A stretch of DNA of 64,000 nucleotides from the human T2T-CHM13v2.0 reference genome, Homo sapiens: the NCBI RefSeq assembly GCF_009914755.1, contig NC_060931.1; one strand, given 5' to 3'. The notes beneath the pieces were generated by a model. The model was not told the origin of the DNA. It saw only the letters and a list, made by a program, of their open reading frames with translations, and did no database searches. Positions 1-25,460 of the stretch are shown here, in pieces (position 1 is the stretch's first letter; every line of letters begins with the position of its first letter). Both the position numbers and the translations under genes were made by a program.

Positions 1-275
1 AATAAAAATAAAAGCAGACACCATGGCAGGACCCATGATCCAATCAGATTGAGCTCTGGGGTGACCCTATGGCAGGATCTAGTCAGATCACTCCTCATTA
101 CCCTATGCTAATTAAAATCCAACCCAGCCTCCAGCTCCAGGAGACAGATTTGAACATTTCTTCCTGTCTCTTTGTCTGTCAACTCACAAACCTTTCTCAC
201 TGCAAAAACTGTGTGTTTTGGTGTTTGGCTTTCTGTTGCATGCTGGCAAATGGACCCAGTTTTGGTTTGCTGACA
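1..275 (+). mobile_element. 3' part of an ERV1-class LTR (MER34/MER39-like, subfamily uncertain)
   Basis: GAGACAGATTTGAACATTTCTTCCTGTCTC motif typical of ERV1 LTR U5; ends ...TGACA. Confidence 0.55.
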
Positions 276-383
276 ATGCGAATATACTTAACACTGAACT
301 GTACATTTAGAAATTGTGAAGATAGTGAATTTTATATTATACCTTTTTTTATTTTGCCACAATAAAAAGTAATTTTCTCTGTC

Positions 384-539
384 TTTTTTTTTTTAAAGAC
401 ATATGGCCTCTGTCACCCAGGCTGGAGTGCAGTGGTGTAGTCATAGCTCACAGCAGCCTTGAACACCTGGGCTGAAGCCATCCTCCCACCTCAGCTTGCC
501 AAGTAGCTGGGATTACAGGCATGAGCCACTGTGCCTGGC
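384..539 (-). mobile_element. Alu monomer / AluJ fragment
   Basis: T-run followed by CCCAGGCTGGAGTGCAGTGG...GCCTGGC. Confidence 0.85.
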
Positions 540-1599
540 AAAAGTTATTTAAAAACTTTTTTAATGTCTTTTAAAAGGAGACTTTCTGATGTGGTCAAAG
601 GAAGCAGTTGGTATCCAGATTCAGCTGAACTTAATACACTTCCTTGGTTTAATTTATGGAAATATTTATATAGTTCCCATTTAATTATCCTCCAAGGACA
701 TGTCTGCTCAGAGGATCATCCTAGTTCTCTGGCCAACAATAAACAGGAACTGAGACAGAGTGATGGACGATATGACTCTTAGTGTTTCTGTCATGGCACA
801 TTGGCCTTTATGGGTCATTGCCCATGTGTTCCAGGATTTAGGATGAATTTTAATATGTCACTCTGCGTGGGCTACGGATTGGGTTTTATTAGGGAAAGTG
901 AAATCTTACAAGGCTGGGTCAACAAGCAAAGGGGAAGCAGGAGTCTCCCATTCTATTCTCCGTCCCATAGAGAAGTATGTGAAGGTCAGGGTCTCAGCTG
1001 GATCTGCAGGATAGGTCCATGTTCTGCTGTATTAGTTAGGGAATAAATGTAAGAAACCAGTCTGTGAGTAGGGAACACATGAGTGGTTTGGGTGCTGGGC
1101 AGCTTGGATGTAGGGTGCCAGGGGTTCAGAGGAGATGGGAGGAATTCCTGCTTCCCAGTATTTGGAGACCTTGGGCCTGTGGGAAGGTGCAGTCACCCTG
1201 TGTGAGGAGGGAGTCTGCCCATGCTGTGGAGGCTGAGCTCCTTCCACCAGGAATAGGCTTACTTGCAGTTCCAGCTGGCTGGCCCAGGTAACCTTGAATG
1301 AGCTTCCAGAGCAGCTTCCAGGCAATTCTGCTCATTTCACCACAGTTTCTGAATTCAAAAATAAATAAAAAACACATTTGTCCTATTTGGTGTTCTTTGT
1401 TTTCTATGACTCTGCTGCTTTCCTCTTGAAGAATCACTAATTTGCCTACTATAACTGCCTATGTGTGGTCTCCTTTTCAAAAGGCAGCTCTAGGATTGCT
1501 TGAGCCTGGGAGGTCCAGGCTGCAGTGAGCTGTGATTGCGCCACTGCACTCCAGCCTGGATAACAGAGCAAGACCCTGTGTCAATAAATAAATAGTTAA

Positions 1600-2076
1600 G
1601 TAAAAAGCAGTTCTTATGAGGGATATGAACAGGCTCCTAAAGAAACACAAAAGACTAATAGATACATGAAAAGATGTTAAGCCTCACCAGTAGTCAATGA
1701 AAATGCAAGTAAAGAGCAAAATGGCAGCACTTTTCAATTATATTGGAAACAGTTTGCATATTGAAAAAGATTTGTCTATGTTATCAAGGTTGTGCGGGAA
1801 AGGGTGTCATCTTGGAGTGCTGAGGGGAATTCTAGCAATCTATGCCAAAATTTTGAATATCTGTAACCTCTGACCCTCAAAACTACATTCCTAGGAATTT
1901 ATTCCAACTAGGTAATCTGACAAGTGAGCAATGATAGATGTACAAGATTATTTGACAATGTATTGCCCACATAAGTGAAAAATGGAAACACTATGTACAC
2001 CTATGGACAGGTAGTTAAATTCTGAAACATCCACAGAGTGAAATACTATGCAGTCATGACAAAGAATGATGCATAC
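1600..2076 (+). mobile_element. Old L1 (L1ME-like) 3' fragment
   Basis: Degenerate L1 ORF2-end/3'UTR motifs (CATGAAAAGATGTT...CCTAGGAATTTATTCC). Confidence 0.6.
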
Positions 2077-2078
2077 TA

Positions 2079-2241
2079 CCATATGCCACCAATTCTAAAA
2101 TGATTATTTTATGCTTTTTCACAGTTGTTACATTCCATGGCATATCGCAGTTTATTTGGCAGCATTTTTTTCTTTCTTAATGGCACCTAAACTTATAGGG
2201 CATTTAACAGGTGATAGCATATTATGTTTCATGAAATATTG
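2079..2241. mobile_element. MER104 (TcMar-Tc2 MITE)
   Basis: TTGGCAGCATTTTTTCTTTCTTAATGG core, degenerate CCGTATTTCAT-like TIRs, TA on both flanks. Confidence 0.7.
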
Positions 2242-2336
2242 TATATTTGCTGACATACGGCTGAGTGGAAAATGGCCTCTCTAACCATATGTAATGTGGT
2301 TCCAGTTACATGCAAATTTTAAGATATGTTTATATT

Positions 2337-2698
<362 letters not shown>

Positions 2699-3210
2699 TC
2701 ACTGCCTCATTTCTTGGGATTCCCGGCAGAGTTTACACAGATTCCCTGCTAAGGCCACAGGCTGTCGAAATCCAAAACTATCCTTGTAGATTTCTGCCAG
2801 CCCCAGTGCTCCTTTTCCCATGGTCTCCCCTCCTGCCATCAGAGCTGCTTGCAAGGAATCCCACGTAGAACTCCCTATCATGTAGATGGAGCAACTCAGA
2901 GCATTCATGAGGTATTTCTGGAAATGCTTGGTGACCATTTGGAGGTGGCAGGGAATGGTCACATGGGCAGGTCACAGCTTTTCTGTTCCTATTAGCTTCC
3001 TCTTTCCTTCTTTCACCCCTTTCTGGAAGGAGTAAAAGAATCTCTTCTCTTCATCTTGTGTGTAGAATTCAGGATGGAAGCCTGGCTTAAGGGATATTTC
3101 CTCCTTTTTGGCACAGTCTCCGAAAATGTCAACGTTTCAAAGTGTTTGAAGGCAATACATTGACACAATGGTTGTTGAGACTATGAGAAAGAATATTTGA
3201 GAAAGCAGTG

Positions 3211-3564
3211 TGTCTTAGTCCATTTGGGCTACGATACCATAGACTGGGTGGCTGATACACAACAGAAATTGATTTCTTACAGTTCTAGAAGCTGGGAAGT
3301 CCAAGATCAAGACACAGGCAGATGCAGTGTCTGGTGAGGGCCCATTTCTTGGTTCATAGATTGCAGCGTCTTGCTGTGTCTTCACATGGTGGAAGTGGCC
3401 GTGAGGTTCTCTGGGGCCTCTTTTATAAAGTTACTAATTTTATTGATTAAGTCTCTGCCCTCATGACCTCATCTCTTAAAACTCCCACTTGCTCATGTCA
3501 TCATATTGGAGATGAGGTTTCAATGTATCACTTTTGGGGGCACACAAACATTCAAACCATAGCA
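3211..3564 (-). mobile_element. MLT1A-type MaLR solo LTR
   Basis: TGTCTTAGTCCATTTGGGCT...TTCAAACCATAGCA; 5-bp TSD CAGTG at 3206-3210 and 3565-3569. Confidence 0.9.
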
Positions 3565-3744
3565 CAGTGTGAAAGTAACACAGTGAGAAAGCTAGAGAAG
3601 TTTTCAAAAACTGGTGTGTTTTTAGGTGCCTGCCAGCTACCACCCCCAAACAGTGCAGGGAGGCTGTTTCCTTTCTTGGGTGTTCTACTGACCACTAATT
3701 TTTACCTCTAACCCAAACGTTTATTAAAATATTTTCTTCCAGTT

Positions 3745-6720
<2,976 letters not shown>

Positions 6721-7065
6721 ATTTTAAAACTTCATCCAAAGGAATACAGAGCTAAGCAAAGAATTCTCAAAAAAGAAACACAAGATGGTGGTCACAAGTT
6801 TCCTCTGGGGAAGGATGCTGTAAATCAAGGAAAGTAGAAAGACATACTTTTACAGGATTATACACTTTTTACTATTTGAATCATTTATCATGCATGCATG
6901 TTACCTTTCCCTCCTGCAAAAAAAAAAAAAATTATATTGAAACACAAGAGGAACACAAGCCTTCCCCTCTTACATTCTGATGATTACAATTTTCCCCCTC
7001 TAATTACATTTGTACACTTCTATAAATGAGGCCAGCTAGGGAGAGCACCAAAATGTGCAGTGATC

Positions 7066-8921
<1,856 letters not shown>

Positions 8922-9603
8922 AGGCAATCACACTTTTCAGGATCAGAACTTCCACCCTGAAGGACCACAGGTTCACCCCTGGCAATACACAGCGAGGACC
9001 AGACTCTGAGAACAGACTCACATTGGAAAAGGGACATAGGAGGCTGAGGGAGACGCCGGGCTGCCAATTCACTCATTGACCATGATAATTGGGACTGTTA
9101 CAGGGTCAGCTACTTCTCCCCTACAAGTCTCTCTCTGCAGCATATTCTCTCTGGTCGGTAGGTCGCCATGAAAATGAGAAAGTTGACTGCCAAGTGGCCA
9201 TGGAAAACACATGGAAATTAGACGAAGCCCCAGGGTTCAGTGGTAACAGGTGAGGCTAAGATAGCCTAGGCCAGTCATCCTATAATAGAGGTGGTCTCAC
9301 CAACAGGTTACTTACTGCAGAGTACTCACATCCCATTGGTTACAACCTCCTGCCTCCACATCTCCATTATAAGTTGTTTTGTCATTTAAAGGCTGTGATT
9401 TCCTTTGTGCCCAATACATGGATGGGCAATGCCTATGTCCACCTCCCAGAAGTGTCCTCTTCCAAGAATCCATGCTAAACAATGCCCCTTCTAACAAACA
9501 GATTTTTTTCAATCTTTTAATTTAAACAATCAAATCCTAGGAGCCAGGCTTTTTTGTCACATGCTAATTATATATTGATCTTATTATTAACTTTCTATGA
9601 TTA

Positions 9604-10560
<957 letters not shown>

Positions 10561-11237
10561 TCAGGGAGGAGTGAGTTAACAAATTTCTGACCAGACAACT
10601 GACCGGAAAAAACAGCTTGTGGAGTGCTCAGTATATCATTTCATTCCTCAGGTTCACGTAACAAATGTTCAGAAGCTCAGAGCATATTTCATTCCCATGC
10701 GATTAATCTTACCCCCTGCACTACTTTTGTATCTCCCCTTAGTAACAGGTTCACCCTACCTTCAATGTCTACAGGAGCTACGGAAAGAAATGCAGAACGA
10801 AGATAAATCACCCACCAGAATTGTTAGCAAGAGAAGTGCTGGCAGCAATAGGTCCTCTTACAAAGAAGAAACTTAGAATGAAGCTTTTCCCAAACAGCCT
10901 GAAAGGTTCTTTTATCCTCCATAAGTAGCTGCTCACCCAATTTTTGACAAATCCTCATTTTTGCTTCAAAAATAAATAGCAAACACTTACCTATATTTAC
11001 CATATGCCAGGAACTGATCTAATCATCTTACATATATTATTATTATTGAACAGCAATTTAAATTAGGTTTTTTTTTAAAGGTGGTTATTTTTATTTTTTG
11101 CAATGCCATGGTTGTAGGAGTGTATGAAGAGGTAACACATCTCCTTTTCCTTGACTATGCTTTTTTTTTTTTTAACCTTCTGCACAAAGGTAAAGGTTTT
11201 TGTTAATCTCATAGTTAATGGTATAAAACAGAGGTCA

Positions 11238-11662
<425 letters not shown>

Positions 11663-12529
11663 TTACTGAGATATAATTGACATACAGTAAACTACATGTT
11701 TATAGTGTAATTGGATAAGATTTGACATACATATACACCCGTGAAACCATGACCACAGTCAAGATAATGAAAATAGGCCAGGCACGGTGGTTCACAGGAA
11801 TCACTTGAACCCGGCAGGTGGAGGTTGCGGTGAGCTGAGATCATGCCACCGCACTCCAGCCTGGGCGATAGAGTGAGAGGCTGTCAAAAAAAAAAAAAAG
11901 ATAATAAAAATAAATATCAGCCCCCAAAAGTTTCCTTGTGTCCTCCTGTGATCCCTTCTTCCTGGAAACTTCCCCCAAACTCTCTCCTCAACCCCCCATT
12001 GTCCCTTATCTGCTTTCTGTAATTATGGATTGGTTTATATTTTCTAGAATTTTATAGGAATACAATCGTACAATATTTATTCTTTTATTTCCAGTTAACA
12101 TAGCTTTTATTCAAAAGTCCTTACTCTTGTCTGGTTTATTTCACTTGGTCTAATTATTTTAAGATCTATCCACATTACTGCATGTACTTTAAGTGGGTGA
12201 GTCGTACGCTATTTGAATTATCTCTCAATAAAGCTGTTACTAAAAACAAACCACAATGAGATATCACTGCGCACCCATTCGGATGACAAAAATTTAAAAA
12301 ACAGACAAAAGCAACTGTTAGTGAGGGTAGGGAGAAATTGGAACTCTCATACCCTGCTAGTGAGTGGACTTGTATAATGATGCAGCCACTTTGGAAAACA
12401 GTCTGGCAGTTTCTCAAACATTTAAACATAGAGGTATCTTTTGACCCCAAAATTTCACTCCTAAGTGTATATACCCAAGAGAAATGAGAAAATGTGTCTA
12501 CACAAAAGCCAGTATATGAATGTTCATAG

Positions 12530-13178
<649 letters not shown>

Positions 13179-13323
13179 TGAAAAGAACTCCAATGTCCAC
13201 CAACTGAGGAATGGATAAACAAAATGTGGTCTATCCATACAGTGAAATATTATTCAGCCATAAAAGGGAATGAAGCACTGATACGCGCCACAACACAGAT
13301 TAACCTTGAAAACATTCAGCTAA

Positions 13324-13705
<382 letters not shown>

Positions 13706-14076
13706 TGAAATGTCCAGAATTGGCAAATAGAGACAGAAAGTAGATTAGTGGTTGCCCAGGTCAGAGTGAGGGTGGCTGGGGGCAATGAAGGTGACTGCTA
13801 AAGGGTACAGAATTTCTTTGTGGGGTAATACAAATATTCTCAAATTGATTGTGATGGTGTTTGCACAACCCGTACATATACTAAAAACTACAAAATTACA
13901 TATTTAAAATGGCTAATTTTTACCTATGTGAATTATATCTCAATAAAGCTGTTACTGAAAAAATGTTCACTTACTGAGGTCATTCCATTATATGAATATA
14001 CTTCAGTTTGTCTAGCCATTCATTTATTGAGTCATTGGATTGGCTCCTATTTTTGGCTACTAAAAATAAAGCTGCA

Positions 14077-15173
<1,097 letters not shown>

Positions 15174-16529
15174 GAGCTGCTATGATTTTTATTTGTCAAT
15201 TATGCCTCAATAAAGTTGAGGAAGAAAACAATAAAGCTACTATGAACATTTGTGTGCAAGTCTTTGTATGAATATGTGCTTTTTTTGGGTGAATACACAG
15301 AGGTGGAAAGGCTAGATCATATGGTAAGTATGTTTAACTTTTTAAGAAACTGATCAGCTGTTTTCCAAAGTGGTTTTATCATTTTACATTCCCACCAACA
15401 GTGTATGAGAGTTCTAGTTCCTCTGCACTCTTATTAACACATGGTTTTAATCAGACATCTAATAGGTATGCAGTAGTTTCTGATTGTGATTTTAATTTAT
15501 ATTTCCTTAATGTGAATAATGTTGAACATCTTTTCATGTGCTTATTTGCCATCCATTTTTTTGGTGAAATAACTGTTTAGATCTGTTGCCTACTTTTTGA
15601 AAAAAAGTTGAATTCTTTGCTCTTATTTGATTTCCAAAGTTCTTTATATATTCTGGATACACATCCTTTATCAGATATGGGCTTTGCAAATATTTTCTCC
15701 CAGTCAGTGGCTGGTCTTTTCATTCTTCTCATGGCATCTTTTCAGGAAAAGAAGTTTTTAATTTTGATGAAGTCCAATTTATCAAATTTATTTCCTATTG
15801 ACTGTGCTTTTAGTGTAATATCTAAGACATATTATCTAATTAAAGGTCACAAAGATTTTACTTCTATGTTTTCTAGAAGTTTTATAGTTTTAGATTTTAC
15901 ACTTAGGTGCATAATCGATTTTGACTTAATTTTTATACGTGGTATAAGGTATGAATTGAAGTTCTTTTTTTCTTTTTTTGCATATAGCTATCCAACTGTT
16001 CTAGCCCAACTCACTGAAACTATTCATTAGAAATTATCCTTTCTCATTGCCTTTGGGTCTTTTTAAAAATCAATTGTATATGTGTGTGTATGTGTGTCTG
16101 AACTTTCTATTCTGTTCCATTTGATCTGTTCTATTTGAGCTGTCTATCATGATGTTAATAGCACCTCATCTTGATGACTATTATTTTTTATGAAGCCTTG
16201 AAATCAGGTGGTGTTAGCCCTCCAACTTTGTTATTCTCTTTCAAAGATGTTTTGGCTAATCTAGATCCTTTGCATTTTCATGGGAATTTTTAGACAGTTT
16301 GTCAGTTTCTATAATTTTTTTTTCCCTGTAAAGCTGAGACAGAAACCCAGGGCTCTGAGGTCAGTCTGCCTAGGTTCAAGTTTTATCTTTACCTCTTCAT
16401 AACTGTCTGACTTTGGCCAAGTTACCTAACTTCTCTGCAATTCCATTTCTCATTCACAAAGCTGAAATAATAATATTATCAATCTCATGGGGTTGTGAAA
16501 GGGCTTAGATGAAGTAATGCAGATAAGGC

Positions 16530-16991
16530 TGAGAGAATGAAAATACAAACAGACAATGGCCAGATCATATATGACAATAGAACTCTGGGCCACAACCTCT
16601 GCAGCAACCCATCCAGGAAGCCAAACCACAGCCTCTGCAGCAATCATCCCAGAACAGTCAGAACTTGACCAAGTCAGTAAGTGCAGCTGCCCTAACTTCT
16701 GCCCCCACTTCCAACTCAGGACCAAGCACAGAAAGCCAAATATGGTCCCCAATCCAATCACACTGGATGCTCAATTTCTAGTCAGCCTACCTCTAGCTTT
16801 CCCATGCCAACAAGCTCCAATCAAGGCATAGCTGAAGACTTCCCTTTTTTTCACTATAAAGCTTTGCACAGCCCTGCCTGCCTGAGTCTCTGACAAATGC
16901 GAGTGATGGTGGCTGAGACCCTGGCTAAAGCAAGCGCTGAATAAACAGCTTCTGTTTCTTCTCACTTGGGTGGTTTTTGTTTATTTCCACA
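16530..16991 (+). mobile_element. ERV1-class solo LTR (MER90/MER110-like, uncertain) inserted in a MIR
   Basis: TG...CA ends, repeated CCACAACCTCTGCAGCAA, TATAAA at ~16855 and AATAAA at ~16940. MIR sequence on both sides. Confidence 0.7.
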
Positions 16992-17359
16992 GTGCTTAAC
17001 ACTGTGCTCGCAGAGTTAGTGATTGCCCAATACATTTTATATAGAGCAGTAGAATTGCTTTGTCGTATGAAACTTTAAAAAGAATTCCAATAGATAAATA
17101 AAAGTGGCATTTCAACCGTTTATTTTATCTAAGTCAGCCAGTAATAAAGGTAGGACTTTTGCAGTGATCTCAATAACATTAAATGAACATGATGGCTGAT
17201 CCTTGCAACCACAAGGTTTTTTAAAATCCTGATTCACATAATAAGAAGTTGCAAATGCCAAATTTCTGTTTTCTTTTAAACAGGTCACTTTGCAATTAAA
17301 TATTTGCAGAACCTCTGAAGCACCTCTTCAAAACTCTAGGGCTCTCAGAAACGTGGAGT

Positions 17360-17725
17360 AAAAACTTACCCTGATGTGAGGTCAGGGTACAGGGTCTTGA
17401 TTTCAGTCCTAGTGATGCTGCCACTCTGCCGGATAACCTTGGGCATGACACTTGACCTCTGAGATTTGTTCCTCCCTTGTAAATGGAAAGAGCTGAACTA
17501 AAGAACTTCTCAAAATTTAGTGCGCATGGATAACCACATGTATATACTGGAGGAGGGTGCGTGCCCATTTAAAATGTAGGTTTCTGACCCACCCAGTGGC
17601 GTCTGAGTCAGGGTCCTGGAATCTGCATTTTAACAAGCACAGCTGATTCTGGTGCTAGTGACAATTGGGCACAATTTGAGCAGCACAGGAGCAAATGGTC
17701 TTTTAGGTCCCTTCTGGCTCTGATG
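17360..17725. mobile_element. MIR fragments with MER5A (~17575-17685)
   Basis: ACCTTGGGCA...CCTCTGAG MIR core; GGAATCTGCATTTTAACAAGC MER5A core. Confidence 0.7.
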
Positions 17726-17787
17726 TGTGTGATTCAGGTGAGGTTGTTGAAGAGAAGTGGGCTGCAGCATTGGGAAAGGAAAAGTGA

Positions 17788-18193
<406 letters not shown>

Positions 18194-18544
18194 TGAAAGC
18201 CCCCGTGACCCTGGTCCAGAAGGACTTTGATTCCTGGCCCTGGTCTTCAAGCTCTTTGCAGAGGCAATGCACATTTTATTCTCCATGAGACCACAGGAAG
18301 AAAAAAAAACACCCTCAAATTTCCCAACCCCATGCCCTAAATTTCAATGCGCCAGAGATGAAATGCAACTTGCGAAATGCCTCCCTGCTCTTCTGCTCCA
18401 CAGTTTCTCCATAGCTTGGCTTGGGGCAGGAGGGGACAGAGGAGGGTTTGGCCAGTCGGGGGTCTAGCCCTCAAAGCCAGATTAAACCCAGGCCACAGCG
18501 ACTCCTCTCAATTCTGCAATTGGGTCCCAGCTCAGTGTGGCCAT

Positions 18545-18562
18545 ATCGCCCTCTTGCGGTAG
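18545..18562 (-). promoter_or_regulatory. Candidate CTCF site
   Basis: Minus strand CTACCGCAAGAGGGCGAT fits the CTCF core; two intact CpGs in repeat-free sequence. Confidence 0.55.
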
Positions 18563-19177
18563 AAAGCGGGACTCCGCCTGGCTAGGGGAACAGACGCCAG
18601 GGGCTGACTGTAACAAAGACCGGAAGCTCTTCTTGGATCCAAGGCAGGTGCAAGGAGGGAAAAAAGGTATCACCAGAGGGACGCTCTTCATTATGACTTT
18701 TTCTCTTTTTCCTCACCCTTTCTGCTTCCCAAACCCAGTTCTCCCACTTATCGTTGCCCACTATTAAAAACTGCTTTGTAATGAGAAAACCTGCAGTTTA
18801 CAAGGTGTTTTCACAAACTTCATCTTATGTAAGCCACTCTCACTGCCTTTTCTCACTTCTCTTCCTCTTCCAGAATGAGAAGAAAAAAATGGAAAAAACA
18901 ACAAACAAACAACAACAAAAAAAAAAACTGAAAAAAAATTACAAATGCCTTTCTAGTATTTTGCAAAAGGGTAGGCCTGCCCACACCCTTGGTTTAGGTT
19001 CCAGGACCAGTTATCTTAGAGCTGAGATCATAACCTTCACCCCTGTAAGGACCCCTTAGCTTTGTGGTCACAAATAGACTCTTAAACTTGCCAGGGCTTG
19101 GTCACAAGAAGAGAGAGCAAAACATATGACCAAAGCGGCACAAGGCCGCTAAACAATTATTTTTGTTTCATCAACTG

Positions 19178-20129
<952 letters not shown>

Positions 20130-20696
20130 TTAATCAAATTATAACAAAAATTGAAAAATGCACAAATCATAAATGTACCATTCAAATAATTTTCACAGAG
20201 TACACCTGTGTAACTAAGCCTCCAGATCAAAAAAGAGAACATTACCAGCATTCCCTAATGCCCCCCTTCATGTTCCTCCCAGTCACAAATCACCCCCACT
20301 GTAACTCCTATTATGATTTTTAACATCATAGATTAATTTTATCTGCTTTTGAATTTCATATAGAAGGAATCACACAATATGTACTCACATATATGCCTTT
20401 TGCTGAGCACTGTGAATTAATCTATGTTGTTGCACACCATTCTTTCCTATTGTGCTAGTATGCCATTGTAGAAATATACCACAATGTATCCATTTTATTC
20501 ATGGTAGACATTTTGGATATTTATAGTTTAGGGCTATTATAAGAGTGCTTCTTTGAACATTCTTGTATTCAAGAAAAAACAGCATTTTCTAGAGTGATCA
20601 AAGGGATTAATGGGACATTTATATACCTAGAAACATGATTTATATATATGGATATAAGAAAACAACAGGCATTATGAATCCTATTTATTTATTGAA

Positions 20697-21305
20697 CTTC
20701 CATGTTTATTGCAGCACTATTGATGATAGCCAAGATTAAAAATCAACCTAAAAATGTCCATAATCAAATGAATGGGTAAAGAAAATGTGGTGTATATACA
20801 CAATGGAGTATTATTCAGCCATAAGAAAAGAAAATCTTGTCATTTTCAATCATGTGGATGAACCTGGAGGACATTATGGTAATTGAAATAAGCCAGACAC
20901 AGAAAAACAAATACCTCATAATCTCACTCATATGTGGAATCTAAACAAGTTGACCTCATTGAATCAGAGAGCAGAATGGTGGTTACCAGAGGCTGGGGTT
21001 TTACGAGGAGAAGGTTTGGGGAGATGTCTGCCAAAGCACACCTAATTACAGTTAGATAGGAGGAATAAGCTCAAGAGATCTGTCACACAGCATGATGACT
21101 GTAGTTAATGATGATATATTCTATCTTTGAAGAATGCTAAGACACTTGATGTTAAGTGCTGTCACTACAAAAATCATAACTCTGTGAGGTAAAGCACTTA
21201 ATTGGCTAGAATTAAGCATTCAACAATGTATATATACTTCAAAACATCATGTTGTAAATGATAAATGCATAAAATTTTATCTGACAATTTAAAAAGTAAA
21301 TAAAT
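20697..21305 (+). mobile_element. L1MA-type 3' end
   Basis: CATGTTTATTGCAGCACTATT...GGTGGTTACCAGAGGCTGGG...GATAGGAGGAATAAG. Confidence 0.85.
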
Positions 21306-21337
21306 TATATATCAATATCTATCTACCTATATATAGC

Positions 21338-21340
<3 letters not shown>

Positions 21341-21390
<50 letters not shown>
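21341..21390. repeat. (TA)n followed by (T)21
   Basis: Seen directly; tail of AluJ 21370-21674. Confidence 0.95.
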
Positions 21391-23648
<2,258 letters not shown>

Positions 23649-24297
23649 CATTCTTGTATTTAGATTTTGGGAAATATATGCACACATTTCTGTTGGCTTC
23701 ATAACTAAGAGTGAAATTGCTGGGTCATAGGATTGCTTTCACTGATACTGCCAGCTTTCCAAAGTATTGTACTAATTTATATTCCCATCAGCAATATATG
23801 AGAGTTTCATGTTCTTTACAACAATTGGTATGTTATTTTTCATTTAGTTATCCTGGTATGTGAGTAATAGTATTTATTGCCTTGTTCTTTTAATTTACAT
23901 TTCCCTAATAACTAAAGCACCTTTCCAGGAACTTATCAGCCATTTGGTTTGGATATCTTCTTTTGTCAAGTGCCTATTTAAGGCTTTTAGGCAAACAATT
24001 TAAAGTCTGAATTTATCCACCATGAATGTGATAAGAGCATTGTTAAGAATTCAGTTTAATCCCAAACAAGCAAGTTCTATTCATGAGCAACATAGAGAGA
24101 TAATCCTTACACCTGTACGGTATTTGCATGATCTCATTTGGCTAATACAGCAAGTACTCTGGAAAGTAGAAGACTGAGGTTATGTTTTACCTAGAAGGAA
24201 GCCATCTTGGAGGGGTTGTGACATGCTCGAAATAAGTGGCAGAACCAAGATTCTCAACGTTTTGCAACTTCCTGACCAAATACTCATTTCACCATAA

Positions 24298-25460
24298 TAG
24301 TTCTCAACTCCATTGAATTCCTCCACCTTTATAATAAATATTTTATATCATCCCCTTTACTACAATGAAATTAAATTTATAATTTCAAAAGATAATCAAG
24401 CCAAGCACGGTGGTGCCCACCTGTAGTCCCAGCTACTCAGGAGGCTGAGGCAAAAGGATCTGCTTGAGTCCCTGGAGTTTGAGGCTGTAATATGCCATGC
24501 TCATACCTGTGAATAGCCACTGCCCTCCAGCCTGGGCAACATAGTGAGACCCTATCTCTAAAAAAAAAAAAAAAGATAATCCATATATTGCCTCTATGAT
24601 ATAAAGGAGAAATAAAAGGATAGTAATTTATAATAAATAATTACTGGCCCGGCACAGTAACTCATGCCTGTAATCCCAGAACTTTGGGAGGCCAAGGTGG
24701 GAAGATCGCTTGAGCCCAGGAGTTCAAGAACAGCCTGAGCAACATAGGAAGACCCTGTCTCTACAAAAATTTTAAAAAAAATAATAGCCAGATGTGGTGG
24801 CACGTGCCGATGGTCCCAGTTACTTGGGAGGCTGAAGCGGGAGGATCATTCAGGATTGCTTGGGCCTGGGAGGTTGAGGCTGCAGTGAGCCGTGATCACA
24901 CCATTGCACTCCAGCGTGGGCAACAGAGCGAGACTCTGTCTCAAACTAAAATAATAATTACAATGATTACAAATAGAATAATTAATAACTAAATAATTAT
25001 AAGGAAAACAATAATAAATTCTGGGCACAGCTGTATTAGAACATGTAATGGAATGCTAGATACTTTCCTCTACAAACAGACTGTCTCTGCTGTCCCTGAC
25101 GTAATTTTCCACATTGGTGAACAGCTCTAGGTAAAACTGTGAATGAAACAAAGTACAATAATCTTTTATATGGTAGTTGTATTCCAGGGAAATTAACTGT
25201 GTTAATTTTTGACATGTTTTTTAAATCATTATCTGAGTTTTAGGCTCAGATAATTATGGACAGTTTTTCACCTACATGAATATCTGAGGATACATTCGAA
25301 AGCTGGACAAGTCTTTATTTTACAGGATTGTCACATTCATTGCAGAACAACATAGCAATCCTGGCCCCATGCCCCCTAAAGGGTGGTAGGGTCCCTCAAT
25401 CATTGTGACAACCCACAGCTCCTTGAGGTGGTACTTGTCCTACTGACGACACTACACTAC
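24298..25460. mobile_element. hAT-Charlie (MER20B-like) remnant interrupted by Alus 24399-24573 and 24645-24960
   Basis: TAGTTCTCAAC start and MER20-like end (ATTGTGACAACC). Confidence 0.5.

Noticed and set aside
9141-9249. Exon-like segment with CTCTCTGCAG acceptor and CAG|GTGAGG donor
   Set aside because: Such site pairs arise by chance. There is no recognisable coding homology or partner exon, so transcript data would be needed.
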